DNA of 64,000 nt from Candidatus Heimdallarchaeota archaeon (GTDB lineage Archaea; Asgardarchaeota; Heimdallarchaeia; Hodarchaeales; Hodarchaeaceae). The stretch is taken from contig CP070695.1 of NCBI GenBank assembly GCA_020353515.1, forward strand, positions 2,802,155-2,866,154, in the 5' to 3' direction. The notes beneath the pieces are model-generated. The model had not been told where the DNA came from and made no database searches. It saw only the letters and a program-made list of their open reading frames with translations. This document shows positions 9,832 through 20,564 of this stretch, in pieces. The stretch's first letter is position 1. Every line of letters starts with the position of its first letter. The position numbers and the translations under genes are program-made.

Positions 9832-10854
9832 TTAAAATTTCCAAGGAGCCCTTTCTCTCCGATATAGCCATAATTCAGGAGTTGGATGACGAACACGTAT
9901 CAACTGGAAGAGAGCTTCAATTTCTGTTTCTTTAATTTTTGCTCGTGCATCTGCTTCTACAATAGGAGCAGGTATTCCATAATTTTTATTATATTGTGAT
10001 ATAGGTAAAATTGCTCCTGAAATGTCATTAATTTCTTTTATGAGATCTGCTTGATCTCTATGGATAGATTGGAATAATTCAATTCTAAGAGGGATATCAA
10101 AAGGTGCAGTCTTCAGATAGGAAGCATACAAAGCAAATTCTTGACCAAACTCTTTCGATATCTCAAACGGCCGATAATATGCCATAGATCTATAGTTAGA
10201 TTTTAAAAGATAGTAAAAAAGATCCATATCTCGACTTCTATTAATAATTCTACGATAATCTAAAGAAAGAATATCAGGTAATTCTTCAGCAATAAAGGGT
10301 AATATTTGACCAAGGAATTTTGTAAATAAGTTTAATCGACTATCTTTTACAATCCACACCAATTTTATACCGTGTTTCTTTGCTTTAAAGATTAATCTTG
10401 AAAGTATAGATAAATAGGTCTGAAAGTAATTTAAAATTCGTTGATTATTGGTGAGAGGCTTTTTCAATACAGGACTTCCGTCTAGGAGTAAAATATCCGT
10501 TTTTTTGTCATTTTGCTCAAGAATTTGAGACACGATCTGCAATTCAGTGATAGCTCGACGTATTGACCCCATGTTCTCAAAATCCAGAGAAGAAAGGCCC
10601 ACATCAGATATAGCTATCTCTAAGGGAGGAGTTTTACTCGGATAATAGGTTGTTTTTTGAATTCCTTCAGGGGAGTAAGTCAAAAATGCAGCGATTGCAC
10701 GAAAAACGAAGATATCAAAACCTATGAATAAACGTGAGGCATATCCACCATCAATCCCTCCAATAGTTAACCCCGAAATATCTTGAGGGGATATTTCTGT
10801 AAACATTTTTTTATCATGAGTCTTGGTAAGCAAATGTGGAGGTAATCCTAACAA
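9832..10854 (-). CDS. nurA: NurA 5'-3' nuclease (frame stays open upstream to about 10980)
   Basis: GIDGG, LLDGS, IVKDS, PLRIE and YGIPAPIVEAD motifs. Confidence 0.92.
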   Translation of the reverse strand: MLGLPPHLLTKTHDKKMFTEISPQDISGLTIGGIDGGYASRLFIGFDIFVFRAIAAFLTYSPEGIQKTTYYPSKTPPLEIAISDVGLSSLDFENMGSIRRAITELQIVSQILEQNDKKTDILLLDGSPVLKKPLTNNQRILNYFQTYLSILSRLIFKAKKHGIKLVWIVKDSRLNLFTKFLGQILPFIAEELPDILSLDYRRIINRSRDMDLFYYLLKSNYRSMAYYRPFEISKEFGQEFALYASYLKTAPFDIPLRIELFQSIHRDQADLIKEINDISGAILPISQYNKNYGIPAPIVEADARAKIKETEIEALFQLIRVRHPTPELWLYRRERAPWKF

Positions 10855-11525
10855 ATCAGGATTTAAAGATCGTAAAAGTTCACAAAAAATAATCTTTTGA
10901 GCATTTAACTCTATTATACCTTTTAAGTAGTCATTAATTTCATTAAATGCACTTTCAATGACAGAACGAATATAATATACTCTCCTAAATTTTACAGTTT
11001 TGATTAATTATATGGGTAAGCGAATTTTACTTGTGAATTCAAAGATTCAAGTACTATATCTATCATCATTAAATAAGGTGCTAAATATTTGTACATCCTG
11101 AATTTAAAACACCTATAAATAATTCAAAAAATCGGTTTTTTCAAGTCATTTTTTCTGGTAATGTATGTATATCAAAACTTAATGTTGAGCTTAGGACTAT
11201 TCACAACTTATCTAGTATTAACAAGCCTAGGATCTAATGAACTTCAGTCAATATCCCGAATGTATTGGTAGTTCTCCAAACTGTAACCCTCCTGTTGTTA
11301 GAAAGACTGATAGCTTTAAGCTAATGATATCAATCAGTGGTAATTGACTTAAATAGAGTCTCAACAGTCGCTTCTTCGGGGTTCTGGTTGATCTCTATTA
11401 ACAGACTACCCGTCAAATGATGTAAACAGAAAACAAAGGATCGTAAAAACTTAGGAACTCATCAATGATTATCATATTGAAGTTGTACTCAGATATTCCA
11501 CGTTTGAAAGAAGGACGAAAGAAAA

Positions 11526-12050
11526 ATGGATGAAACATCGGGAGATAAAACTCAAGTAGAGAATATACGCCTGAGAAAAATCCGTGAAAATATGAAGCGA
11601 AAACGCCCTCAGTTTCATAGGATCGAATCTTGGCGCTATAAGAGGGTAAAAGAAAGATGGCGAAAAGCACGTGGGATTGATTCTAAAACGCGTAAGAAAA
11701 AAGGTGGATGGCCTATCTCCCCAACAATTGGATTTCGTAGCCCTAAAAAGATTCGCTACCAATCATCTTCAGGAAAAGAAGAAGTATTAATTTATTCACC
11801 TGTAGATCTATCTCTAATCGATTCTGATCTTCAAGTTGGACGTATTGCAGCTAAAATAGGTAGAAAGAAGAGAGAACAGATCATTATGGAAGCAGAATTA
11901 CTTAATATTCACATATTAAATCCAATTTCTGCGAAAATAGATCTGGGTGATCTCGAAGAAGAATTAGAGCTCGATGAGGAGCTTTTAGAAGAGATAGACA
12001 TTGAGGATCTAGATATATCTGAGGATGAGGAATCTGGTGAAGAAGAATGA
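11526..12050 (+). CDS. rpl32e: 50S ribosomal protein eL32 with acidic C-terminal tail
   Basis: WRKARGIDSK and GFRSPK motifs. Confidence 0.96.
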   Translation: MDETSGDKTQVENIRLRKIRENMKRKRPQFHRIESWRYKRVKERWRKARGIDSKTRKKKGGWPISPTIGFRSPKKIRYQSSSGKEEVLIYSPVDLSLIDSDLQVGRIAAKIGRKKREQIIMEAELLNIHILNPISAKIDLGDLEEELELDEELLEEIDIEDLDISEDEESGEEE

Positions 12051-12514
12051 ATCTAACACCCCAGAAAAAGATTGCAGCTAAGATCTTAGGTGTTGGGGTC
12101 AAACGTGTCTGGATTGACCCAAATGTGGAAGAGGATCTTTCATTAGCTTTAACCCGTGATGATGTTAGGAAGTTAATCTCTGACCGAGTCATTCGTAAGA
12201 AAGGTGTTAGGGGGGTTTCAAAGGGACGTACTAGAATGGTACGAATTCAAAAAAGTAGAGGACAACGAAGAGGACATGGGAAACGCAAAGGACGAACAGG
12301 AGCTCGCCAACCTAGAAAAGAAACCTGGATCAATAAAGTAAGGAGCCAACGTAGATATCTTCGCGGTTTACGTGACAACCAACTTATCACTCCAGCACAA
12401 TATAGAAAACTCTATGTTAAAGTGAAAGGTAATTCTTATCGAAGCGTAACTCATCTTCGAAACACAGTTGAAGATTTGAGTATCATCAAGAAACCCAAAA
12501 AGAAAAGGAGATAA
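12047..12514 (+). CDS. rpl19e: 50S ribosomal protein eL19
   Basis: KKIAAKILGVG..RVWIDP; GHGKRKG. Confidence 0.97.
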   Translation: MNLTPQKKIAAKILGVGVKRVWIDPNVEEDLSLALTRDDVRKLISDRVIRKKGVRGVSKGRTRMVRIQKSRGQRRGHGKRKGRTGARQPRKETWINKVRSQRRYLRGLRDNQLITPAQYRKLYVKVKGNSYRSVTHLRNTVEDLSIIKKPKKKRR

Positions 12515-12519
12515 TTCAA

Positions 12520-13110
12520 ATGGCTAGAAGTGCACGCTATCGCATTCCTTTCAGGCGTAGAAGGGAAGGAAAAACGAATTATCATCTAAGAAGGAGATTA
12601 GTTAGAAGTAATCGAAATAGAGCTGTTGTACGTATAACAAATAATCATTGTCTCGTACAATTTGTGAAAGCTCGAATTAATGGAGACGTAACTCTTTCTG
12701 CATCTCATTCACGTGAATTAAAGAATTTTAATTGGAATAGTGCTACTTCTAACCTCCCTAGCGCATATTTAGTAGGATTCTTAGCTGGTTTAAAAGCTTT
12801 AAATAACGGGATTACTGATGCAATTCTTGATATTGGACATAATCCTCCAGTTTATGGATCTCGAATTTTTGCCGCATTAAAGGGGATAATTGATGCGGGA
12901 GTAGACATTCCACATTCTGACAAGATTTTCCCAAATGAAAATCGGTTGAATGGAACTCATATTGTAGATTTTGCCAATTTCCTTAAAGATACTAATGAAG
13001 AGTTATTCAATAAACAGTTTTCAGAATACATTGCCCAAAATATAGACCCTTTGAAGATTCCCCAATTTTTTGATAAAACCAAGAAGGAGATTCAAGACAA
13101 ATACAGTTGA
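12520..13110 (+). CDS. rpl18: 50S ribosomal protein uL18
   Basis: RRRREGKTNY; NLPSAYLVG. Confidence 0.97.
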   Translation: MARSARYRIPFRRRREGKTNYHLRRRLVRSNRNRAVVRITNNHCLVQFVKARINGDVTLSASHSRELKNFNWNSATSNLPSAYLVGFLAGLKALNNGITDAILDIGHNPPVYGSRIFAALKGIIDAGVDIPHSDKIFPNENRLNGTHIVDFANFLKDTNEELFNKQFSEYIAQNIDPLKIPQFFDKTKKEIQDKYS

Positions 13111-13129
13111 TTTATGACGATTAATCTGG

Positions 13130-13780
13130 ATGTCAAATAACATGGAAAGAAATCAGGCAGTAGTGGATTTGGATTCATGGAAACCACGTACTGAAGTTGG
13201 ACAGATGGTAAAAGACGGAACGATTTCCTCAATTTATGACATTTTTCGTGACTCCCTCAGAATTGACGATGTCCGAATCGTGGATTTTCTTGTACCAAAT
13301 TTAAATGAGACAGTTCTTGATGTGGGTCGTGTTCAAAGACAAACCGATGCCGGAAGGAAAACATTGTTTGTCGCTACTGCTGGTGTAGGTAATTCAAATG
13401 GAATTGTTGGTGTTGCACAAGCAAAAGCCGCTGGTGTTGGTACAGCAATTAGGAACGCCATTGTTCTGGCTAAATTGCACATAGTTCCTGTAAAAAGAGG
13501 ATGTGGAAGTTGGGAATGTACGTGTAGCGATCCTCATTCTATTCCATTCCAAGTTGAGGGGAAGGTGGGTAGTGTGCGAGTGGTACTTAAACCAGCTCCT
13601 AAAGGATTGGGATTAGTCATTGGTGATGTAGCAAAAAGTGTTTTAGAATTGGCAGGAATCTCTGATATTTGGAGTAAAACGTTTGGTGATACTAGAACAA
13701 CTCAAAATTTCTGTAAAGCTACCTTTGAGGCACTACGAGCGACTTATCGGATATCCCACCTTTCTGAATGGGGTGATTGA
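13130..13780 (+). CDS. rps5: 30S ribosomal protein uS5
   Basis: QRQTDAGRK; RGCGSWEC; PAPKGLGL. Confidence 0.97.
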   Translation: MSNNMERNQAVVDLDSWKPRTEVGQMVKDGTISSIYDIFRDSLRIDDVRIVDFLVPNLNETVLDVGRVQRQTDAGRKTLFVATAGVGNSNGIVGVAQAKAAGVGTAIRNAIVLAKLHIVPVKRGCGSWECTCSDPHSIPFQVEGKVGSVRVVLKPAPKGLGLVIGDVAKSVLELAGISDIWSKTFGDTRTTQNFCKATFEALRATYRISHLSEWGD

Positions 13781-13781
13781 A

Positions 13782-14279
13782 ATGTCCAAAAACAAAATTG
13801 AAATGACAAAGAGACTCGCTGTAATAAGAATTCGAGGCCGAGTTGATCGAAGTTTATCCATTAAAAAGACATTAGAGCTTTTACGACTGAATCGAATCAA
13901 TCATTGTGTCATTATTGATGATCGTGAGACCTATAAAGGAATGTTACAAAAAACCAAAGATCTCATCACTTGGGGAGAACTCGACTCTCTCACAATGAAA
14001 GAATTATTACTAAAAAGAGGACGATTAGAAGGTGGGCAACGGATTACAGAAGAATATGTTAAGAAAAACACCAATTTCTCTGGAATTGATGATTTTATTA
14101 CCAAGTTTCTTAAGTTTGAGGCAAATTTATCAGATATCAGAGGATTAAAGCAAGTTTTTCGATTACATCCTCCACGAAGGGGCCATAGGCGACGGGGAGT
14201 AAAGCAACCATTTACTCTTGGCGGATCTCTTGGCTACAGAGGAAATGAAATTAATAATTTGATTATAAAAATGGCTTGA
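13782..14279 (+). CDS. rpl30: 50S ribosomal protein uL30
   Basis: AVIRIRG, ITWGE, FRLHPPRRG. ATG at 13782 follows the rps5 stop and a GGTGA RBS; the track start at 13683 overlaps rps5. Confidence 0.96.
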   Translation: MSKNKIEMTKRLAVIRIRGRVDRSLSIKKTLELLRLNRINHCVIIDDRETYKGMLQKTKDLITWGELDSLTMKELLLKRGRLEGGQRITEEYVKKNTNFSGIDDFITKFLKFEANLSDIRGLKQVFRLHPPRRGHRRRGVKQPFTLGGSLGYRGNEINNLIIKMA

Positions 14280-14290
14280 AGTGATCTTCA

Positions 14291-14746
14291 GTGACTGTTA
14301 GAAAGAGAAAAAAAGTTCGTAAACAACGAGGAAGTCGAACATATGGATATGGCCGAGTTTCAGGAGGCCATCGAAAAGGGGGTTCTCGAGGGGGAAAAGG
14401 TAATGCTGGAATAAAGAATCATCATCGAATTGGTCGAATTTCAGATGTTATAAAAAGTCAAAAAGGATTTACCGTTCCAACAACTCCCTCTACTGGTTCA
14501 TCAATTAACGTAGGAGATATTGATGCTCAATTTGATGCATTAATAGATATGAACATTGCCAAAAAGAAAGGTTCAGTTATCAAAATTGATGTTACTGATC
14601 TAGGCTACTCGAAAGTCATGGGTAAAGGACGTGTAAGTCATCCTTTTCATCTCTATGCGGAAAAAATTACACCTAGAGCTCAAGAGAAAATCAAAGCTGC
14701 TGGAGGAAAAACTTTTCCAAGTTCATCGCAAGAGGAAGATTATTAA
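14291..14746 (+). CDS. rpl15: 50S ribosomal protein uL15
   Basis: RGSRTYGYG...GSRGGKGNAG; KIKAAGG. Confidence 0.97.
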   Translation: MTVRKRKKVRKQRGSRTYGYGRVSGGHRKGGSRGGKGNAGIKNHHRIGRISDVIKSQKGFTVPTTPSTGSSINVGDIDAQFDALIDMNIAKKKGSVIKIDVTDLGYSKVMGKGRVSHPFHLYAEKITPRAQEKIKAAGGKTFPSSSQEEDY

Positions 14747-14806
14747 TATTAAGTCATCTTAATCTCTTTACACTAGTTTATTCGTATATCTTTGTGAGAA
14801 AATAAG

Positions 14807-14881
14807 GGGCCGGTGGTCTAGCCCGGCTATGACGTCTCCCTGACACGGAGAAGGTCCCCAGTTCGAATCTGGGTCGGCCCA
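14807..14881 (+). tRNA. tRNA-Val(GAC)
   Basis: GGGCCGG/TCGGCCC acceptor; TCTCC-CTGACAC-GGAGA anticodon arm; TTCGAAT T-loop. Confidence 0.96.
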
Positions 14882-14979
14882 CTATCTATTCCCCCTATAA
14901 TCAGAATTTCATTCTTCTCTGAAGGATGAAATCTCTCCATATATGAGCCTGAAGTTTCCACTTAACTGTCATCTAAGGA

Positions 14980-15062
14980 CGTCGGGAGGGGGATTTGAAC
15001 CCCCGAGCTCATAGAGCACCAACTTAGCAGGCTGGCTCCATACCGGGCTTGGATATCCCGAC
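14980..15062 (-). tRNA. tRNA-Ser(GCT)
   Basis: GTCGGGA/TCCCGAC-G acceptor; CCAGC-CTGCTAA-GTTGG anticodon arm; long variable arm GCTC-TAT-GAGC. Confidence 0.95.
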
Positions 15063-15283
15063 ATATCACTTAAGAATGTCTTTTGAAGTGTTTAGGCTTA
15101 GATTTATTTAATTTTTGTTGAAAATCAGTAAATTGATCCTTTTAATTCGTGTGAACCAATATTATGTTTATTTGAAGAGAAGAAACCTTGATTATAAAGA
15201 ATTATTTGATGGTTTTTGAACTAGTTCAAAAAAGTCAAAAGGCTAGTTTTTACTCATAAATAGTTGATTATTAAGGGATAAAA

Positions 15284-15772
15284 ATGATATCAAAAAACTT
15301 AATGATGGCATTTCACAACTCTCATAGTCGAAAGGCTGTAAAATATTTTGCTGACACCTGTATCGGCTTAGGATGCAAGAATGTTATCTTTAGTAAAATT
15401 ACGGCTTCCGCAGCCTCTATAGGAATTCCTGATGCTCAAAAAGCCATTCTTAATGCCAGAGGAAATTTACTTTTTTTTTCTGATGTCAAAAGCATACTTG
15501 AAGTTTTACACCCCCATAAAATCTATTTACTTGTCTCACGTAAATATGGAGAGAGTTCAATTCCTTTTAAAGAGATAATTTCAGAGTTAAAGGTTGGAAA
15601 AGTTTTGGTTGTAGTAGGAGGTACGTCTCCTGGACTTACTAGAAAGGAATTAGATTTAGGGAAATGTATCTTCGTAGATGAAGTCGAAACAGATGTTAAT
15701 CCAATTGCATTAACAGCCCTATTTCTAGGTGGATTAACTAGAGTCGTTAAGGATAGTTCAATATTAGAATGA
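15284..15772 (+). CDS. DUF2122-like protein (SPOUT-like fold; often annotated RecB-family nuclease)
   Basis: HNSHS, SAASIGIPDAQK and GGTSPGLTRKELDLG resemble the family. Confidence 0.65.
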   Translation: MISKNLMMAFHNSHSRKAVKYFADTCIGLGCKNVIFSKITASAASIGIPDAQKAILNARGNLLFFSDVKSILEVLHPHKIYLLVSRKYGESSIPFKEIISELKVGKVLVVVGGTSPGLTRKELDLGKCIFVDEVETDVNPIALTALFLGGLTRVVKDSSILE

Positions 15773-16728
15773 GAATAATTGATCTATTTTGTGGATGTGG
15801 TGGTTTTTCATTTGGGTTTCAACTTGCTAATCCCCAAAATAGAATATCCTTGGCTATCGATAATGACTTCAGAGCAATACGTACTTATGTTGAAAACATC
15901 AAAGTTAGTAGAACCTTAACAAAAGATATCCGCAAGATTCATTCCAATGACATTTTAAATCTAATAAATCCATACAAACCTGATATTGTTATTGCTAGTC
16001 CTCCTTGTGAACCGTTTTCTGTAGCAAATCCTAATCGACAAAAATCAGCATATAATCAGCTCTATTCGGATAAGATAGGACGTCTGGTTCTAGATACAAT
16101 CCGGATTATTATCGATTTAGAACCAATTGTATTTTTAATCGAAAATGTCCCCCAATTAGCTTCAATTGAGCTAAAAGAATTAATAATTCACGAATTTTCT
16201 AGATCACAATACGAAAAAATTCACTTTAATATGTTAGAATCATCAGCTTTTGGAGTACCGAGTTATCGAAAAAGAATTTTCATCTCGAACGTGGAGTTGA
16301 AGTCAGGTTCAGATACATTGGGTGTTTCAGTCCGTGAAGCATTTCAATCATTACCAACTCCTAATTTGGAGATGATAAATCACGAAACAGTACCCCTCTC
16401 TCCTAAGATTGCCAGAAAAATAGCAAAAACTCCCCCAGGAGGAGCTGTTGTATATTTCAAAGGTAGTCATGGCAGAGTATTTCGTAATTTCATACGCTTA
16501 TTATTAAATCAACCAAGTCCAACTGTTATGGGGAAAAGTCGCTTTATTCATCCCTATGATAAACGTCTTTGTACAGTACGAGAACATGCCCGTTTAATGA
16601 GCTATCCAGACGATTTTCATTTCTATGGGACTATTGAATGGCAATATAATCAAGTTGGAGAAAGTGTACCTCCATTAATGGCTAAAGCGGTAGCACAACA
16701 AATCCAGACGAGGTTTCTCAAAACCTAA
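15769..16728 (+). CDS. C5 DNA cytosine methyltransferase
   Basis: Motif I DLFCGCGGF, IV SPPCEPFS, VI ENV, VIII RKR, IX/X TVREHARLMSYPD..QVGESVPP. Confidence 0.93.
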   Translation: MRIIDLFCGCGGFSFGFQLANPQNRISLAIDNDFRAIRTYVENIKVSRTLTKDIRKIHSNDILNLINPYKPDIVIASPPCEPFSVANPNRQKSAYNQLYSDKIGRLVLDTIRIIIDLEPIVFLIENVPQLASIELKELIIHEFSRSQYEKIHFNMLESSAFGVPSYRKRIFISNVELKSGSDTLGVSVREAFQSLPTPNLEMINHETVPLSPKIARKIAKTPPGGAVVYFKGSHGRVFRNFIRLLLNQPSPTVMGKSRFIHPYDKRLCTVREHARLMSYPDDFHFYGTIEWQYNQVGESVPPLMAKAVAQQIQTRFLKT

Positions 16729-16788
16729 AGAAATATTTTTGAACTAATTATTGAAATTGCCGATTATAAGAAAAATAGGTCAGTAGAG

Positions 16789-17082
16789 GTGTTCTTGACG
16801 CAAGTAAGGATTATCCGAAAAGAAGAATCATTATTAGAATTTGAAGTGATAGGTGAAGATCACACGTTTTTGAGTATGCTTCGTGAGGCATTAAAGGATC
16901 AACCTGGGGTTTTATTTGCAGCTTATCGATTTCCACATCCGATTCTAGAAAATCCAATCTTTTATCTCCAAACTTCTTCTATTGATCCAGTTGAAGCCCT
17001 TCAGCAAGCTGCTGATGCTATCATTAATAAATGTGATACTTTAGTAGACAATTTCCAACAATCCCTCTCTGACTCCGTTTAA
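16789..17082 (+). CDS. rpoL: RNA polymerase subunit L (Rpo11)
   Basis: GEDHTF...FAAYRFPHP. Confidence 0.95.
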   Translation: MFLTQVRIIRKEESLLEFEVIGEDHTFLSMLREALKDQPGVLFAAYRFPHPILENPIFYLQTSSIDPVEALQQAADAIINKCDTLVDNFQQSLSDSV

Positions 17083-17102
17083 CCCTTCTTCTGGGTTGTA
17101 AA

Positions 17103-17558
17103 TTGCAGGAATTAAAGAACTCTCTTCGGATTCAAGATGAAAAAATGGGGAGAAGTAAAAATTTAACCACATACATTCATAACAAAAGTAATGCAAAACT
17201 CGGAGATGCTTTGGTCAACTTTATTTACTCTGTGGCAAAAAGTCTTGTCTCTGGAATACCAACAGGAATGAAAGTTTCTGATTCCATCCTTTCAGAGGCA
17301 TTTAAAGGATCCATGTGGCATAAGACAAATACTCTAAAGTTATCTGGAAAAAAAAATCGGATAGCTGATTCTGTGGAAGCTCTCATCCTTTTTTTTTGGG
17401 TACATGAAGGCTTAAGTCTTAAGAACCTGATTGAGCCCCTTGAGTCACAACTCGAACCCCAATCCTTTCGTCATCCAAAAGAAGAACACTTGACCGCAGT
17501 TTTATCGTTTCAGAATCTTCTAAATATCCTACATCAAATATATGTAGAAAGGAAATGA
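17103..17558 (+). CDS. Archaeal RNase III-like domain protein
   Basis: AKLGDALVNFIYS and ADSVEAL signatures; follows rpoL. Confidence 0.8.
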   Translation: MQELKNSLRIQDEKMGRSKNLTTYIHNKSNAKLGDALVNFIYSVAKSLVSGIPTGMKVSDSILSEAFKGSMWHKTNTLKLSGKKNRIADSVEALILFFWVHEGLSLKNLIEPLESQLEPQSFRHPKEEHLTAVLSFQNLLNILHQIYVERK

Positions 17559-17628
17559 TTATAAAGAAATTTATCGGTTAAAGTTTCCTTTCCTTTATTT
17601 TCAGTTGAATAAAATGAGTGGCGGTAAT

Positions 17629-18822
17629 TTATAGGTATTCATTCCGTCCTGAAAAGATATCACTACGATTAGATAAAACCTTTCTAGAAGCTAATTTGAA
17701 GTCATCAAAAGTAATGATTGTTCTTCTCTCACGAATAGCAAACATTCCAGCCTCTTGTGCTATAGCACGAATGTCAGCTCCAGAGGCGTGTCTGGTTTCA
17801 TCTGCAAAGAAGGAAAAATCAACCTTAGTATCGATGTTCATCAAACGAGTATGAATTTTAAAAATTTCTAATCTCTCTTCTTGGTTGGGTAACAGAACCT
17901 CAATATGTCTGTCAAAACGGCCAGGCCGTAGAAGAGCTGGATCCAAAATATCAACACGATTAGTCGCTCCAATGATCTTCACATCTCCACGAGGAGAGAA
18001 ACCATCTAATTCGCTAAGTAACTGCATTAATGTACGTTGAACTTCTCGGTCTCCACTTGTAGCAATATCCAATCTCTTACTCCCTATCGCATCAAGTTCA
18101 TCAATAAATAGAATGCTAGGTGAGTTCTCTCGTGCAAAAGAAAAAACCTCACGCACAAGTCGAGCTCCTTCTCCGATATATTTTTGGACAAGTTCAGAAC
18201 CAATTACACGAATAAAAGTTGCTTTAGTTTCATGGGCAACAGCTTTAACCATGAGAGTTTTTCCTGAACCTGGGGGGCCATGAAGTAGCACTCCTTTTGG
18301 TGGTTCAATACCAATTTTTTCAAATAATTCAGGTTGTAACAAAGGTAATTCTACAGTTTCACGAAGTTCTTGAAGTTGGTCTTTTAAACCCCCAATATCA
18401 GCATATGTTTCAGAAGGTTTTGTCTCAATTTCCATTGAGCGAACACTAGGATCAAGTGACTGAGGTAGAACCTCAAGAATAGCAAAATTTCGTTGATGTA
18501 ATGCCACCCGTGCACTCGGAGTTAAAAACTCCTTGGGTATTGAAGAATCTACAACAACCACAAATGAAGGCCCAGTAGAACTTTTAACAATAGCTTTGCC
18601 ATTTTCTAAGATTTCTTGTAATGTTCCAGTAAATAAGGGTGGTTGTCGAAGTTTTTGGAGTTCTAATTTGAGATTGTCTCTTTCTTCTTCCAATTTGTTC
18701 CTCTGAACTTCAAGTAATTGACGTTCAGTTTCTAATGCACGAATTCGACGTTCCATTGTCCGTGTATATGAGTCAGCAAAATCATCAAACGAAGCTTTTT
18801 TATTATCCACAGTGTCTGGCAT
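17629..18822 (-). CDS. pan: Proteasome-activating nucleotidase
   Basis: Coiled coil + OB domain; GPPGSGKT; FIDELDAIG; LRPGRFDR; C-terminal EYL (HbYX-type). Confidence 0.97.
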   Translation of the reverse strand: MPDTVDNKKASFDDFADSYTRTMERRIRALETERQLLEVQRNKLEEERDNLKLELQKLRQPPLFTGTLQEILENGKAIVKSSTGPSFVVVVDSSIPKEFLTPSARVALHQRNFAILEVLPQSLDPSVRSMEIETKPSETYADIGGLKDQLQELRETVELPLLQPELFEKIGIEPPKGVLLHGPPGSGKTLMVKAVAHETKATFIRVIGSELVQKYIGEGARLVREVFSFARENSPSILFIDELDAIGSKRLDIATSGDREVQRTLMQLLSELDGFSPRGDVKIIGATNRVDILDPALLRPGRFDRHIEVLLPNQEERLEIFKIHTRLMNIDTKVDFSFFADETRHASGADIRAIAQEAGMFAIRERRTIITFDDFKLASRKVLSNRSDIFSGRNEYL

Positions 18823-19455
18823 TCTATTACCTACTTATTATTTGATTTTTTTGGAATATTGAGCGGTTTCTTGTCACTAAAGCTTTAATTAATAGCGGAG
18901 AGAAGATTATTGAATCAAAGATTGTACTAGCTGACAAAATTAGAAATAATTCTGTCAAGATCTCATAGCAAACCATTACTTATTTTTCTTTTCTTTTCGA
19001 CATACACAACTGGCTAGGTTATTAAAAGTGACAGAGGTATATTCAATTTTATTCATATCATAAGCTTTTTTTTTTACTTTGTTGTTACTAGTTCTAACTA
19101 GAATTTAATATAAGCCCAAATTCAAGGATTTATTTGTGTTAATTGTTCTAGACATCCATAGAATTTCAATGTGAAGATTAAACGATCTTTCTAAAAACTC
19201 ACTCTGCTTCTAGTCTGAAATTCTTTTGTTTTGATATAGCCATTATGTTAGTCGAATATTTCTGTAAGAAGTGGGTGAAAAATCGAAAACCAACCCGTGT
19301 AAGACGATCTTTGTAGGTCGTTACAGTTCTCTCTACTTTATACTCCTAGATCTCATCATTTTAAAGAAAAAATTCTCCCCTGATGATGAAAAATATTCCT
19401 GAATGGCTTTATAATACTCTTAGATTTTTTCTAAAATTAAGAGGAAGTATTCAAC

Positions 19456-19977
19456 TTGAGCAGGATACAACCGTGTGAAATGTGTGGGGTCGAAGCACCA
19501 GTTACCCTTATTGAAATTGACCATGTGGAGTTACATGCATGTCCTAAGTGTGCTAGATTTGGAAAACCTGTAATTCGTCGTCCAAAGAAGAGGATTCCAA
19601 GCCCAGTTACCCGTTCGGTCCCTCTTAAGAAATCTCCCTCACGAACCATTAGTCCCCCTAAAAAGGATTTTCTTCACGATAAAATTTTAGTGGATGGGTA
19701 TGGACAATTGATTCAAGAAAGCAGACGTGAGCGTGGATTAGGACGAGCTGAATTCGCTCAGTTGATTAAAGAAAAAGAGACATTACTTGCACGAATTGAA
19801 GCTGAAAAAGTTCTGCCTACTGATCGAGTTGTAGCTAAAATTGAACGCGAATTAGATATTGAGCTTAAGACAGAAGTTTCTGATGAAGGCTCTTTCATTG
19901 AAGATACTATTCCAAGGTCAACAACAATAGGTTCGATTGCTAAAATCAAAAGGAAGAAGAGTAATAAGTCTCCTTAA
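19456..19977 (+). CDS. mbf1: Archaeal multiprotein bridging factor aMBF1
   Basis: CEMCG..CPKC Zn ribbon, C-terminal HTH, TIG motif; divergent from pan. Confidence 0.92.
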   Translation: MSRIQPCEMCGVEAPVTLIEIDHVELHACPKCARFGKPVIRRPKKRIPSPVTRSVPLKKSPSRTISPPKKDFLHDKILVDGYGQLIQESRRERGLGRAEFAQLIKEKETLLARIEAEKVLPTDRVVAKIERELDIELKTEVSDEGSFIEDTIPRSTTIGSIAKIKRKKSNKSP

Positions 19978-20153
19978 AATATCCACCACTCCCAAATGAT
20001 CAGAAATTATGAAGTTAAATTACACGATAAACTTTAACAACTCGTCACAAGGACGAAATAGATGGATATTTAGAGGTTTTAGACCTCTCTTATCAAATAG
20101 ATTTAATAAAAAAACTCTCCTTACGAGTAATCACCATCAAAGAGAAGATTAAA

Positions 20154-20540
20154 TTGGTTATGCTTGACCCTCTAGCTAATGCGATGTCGACAATAGCAAA
20201 TGCTGAAATCCTAGGGCGGAAAGAAGTGACCATTAGACCAGCAAGTCGGATCATTGCTAATGTTCTACGGGTCATACAGAAGTATGGAACCATTGGTGAA
20301 TTTGAAGTAATGGAAGACCTTTGGATAATTTCTGTTCAGCTTTTAGGTCGAATCTCCAAAATCGGGGTTATTAAACCTCGTTATCCAGTTAGAGTTAGAG
20401 ATTATGTTGAATGGGAAAAACGCTTTCTTCCAGCTCGAGACATGGGGATTTTGGTTGTTTCAACCTCAGAAGGAGTAATGTCTCACCATGAGGCAATAGA
20501 AAAAAACCTGGGTGGACGATTACTGGCTTATGTGTATTAG
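20154..20540 (+). CDS. rps8: 30S ribosomal protein uS8
   Basis: DPLANA; IKPRYPV; STSEGVMSH; GGRLLAYVY. Confidence 0.97.
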   Translation: MVMLDPLANAMSTIANAEILGRKEVTIRPASRIIANVLRVIQKYGTIGEFEVMEDLWIISVQLLGRISKIGVIKPRYPVRVRDYVEWEKRFLPARDMGILVVSTSEGVMSHHEAIEKNLGGRLLAYVY

Positions 20541-20564
20541 CTTCAAGTTTGGAGCGTATTTATA

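Noticed and set aside
11247-11416. Short minus-strand ORFs (e.g. MENYQYIRDID after GGAGG) upstream of nurA
   Set aside because: There is no second instance or compositional support, so they cannot be distinguished from chance.
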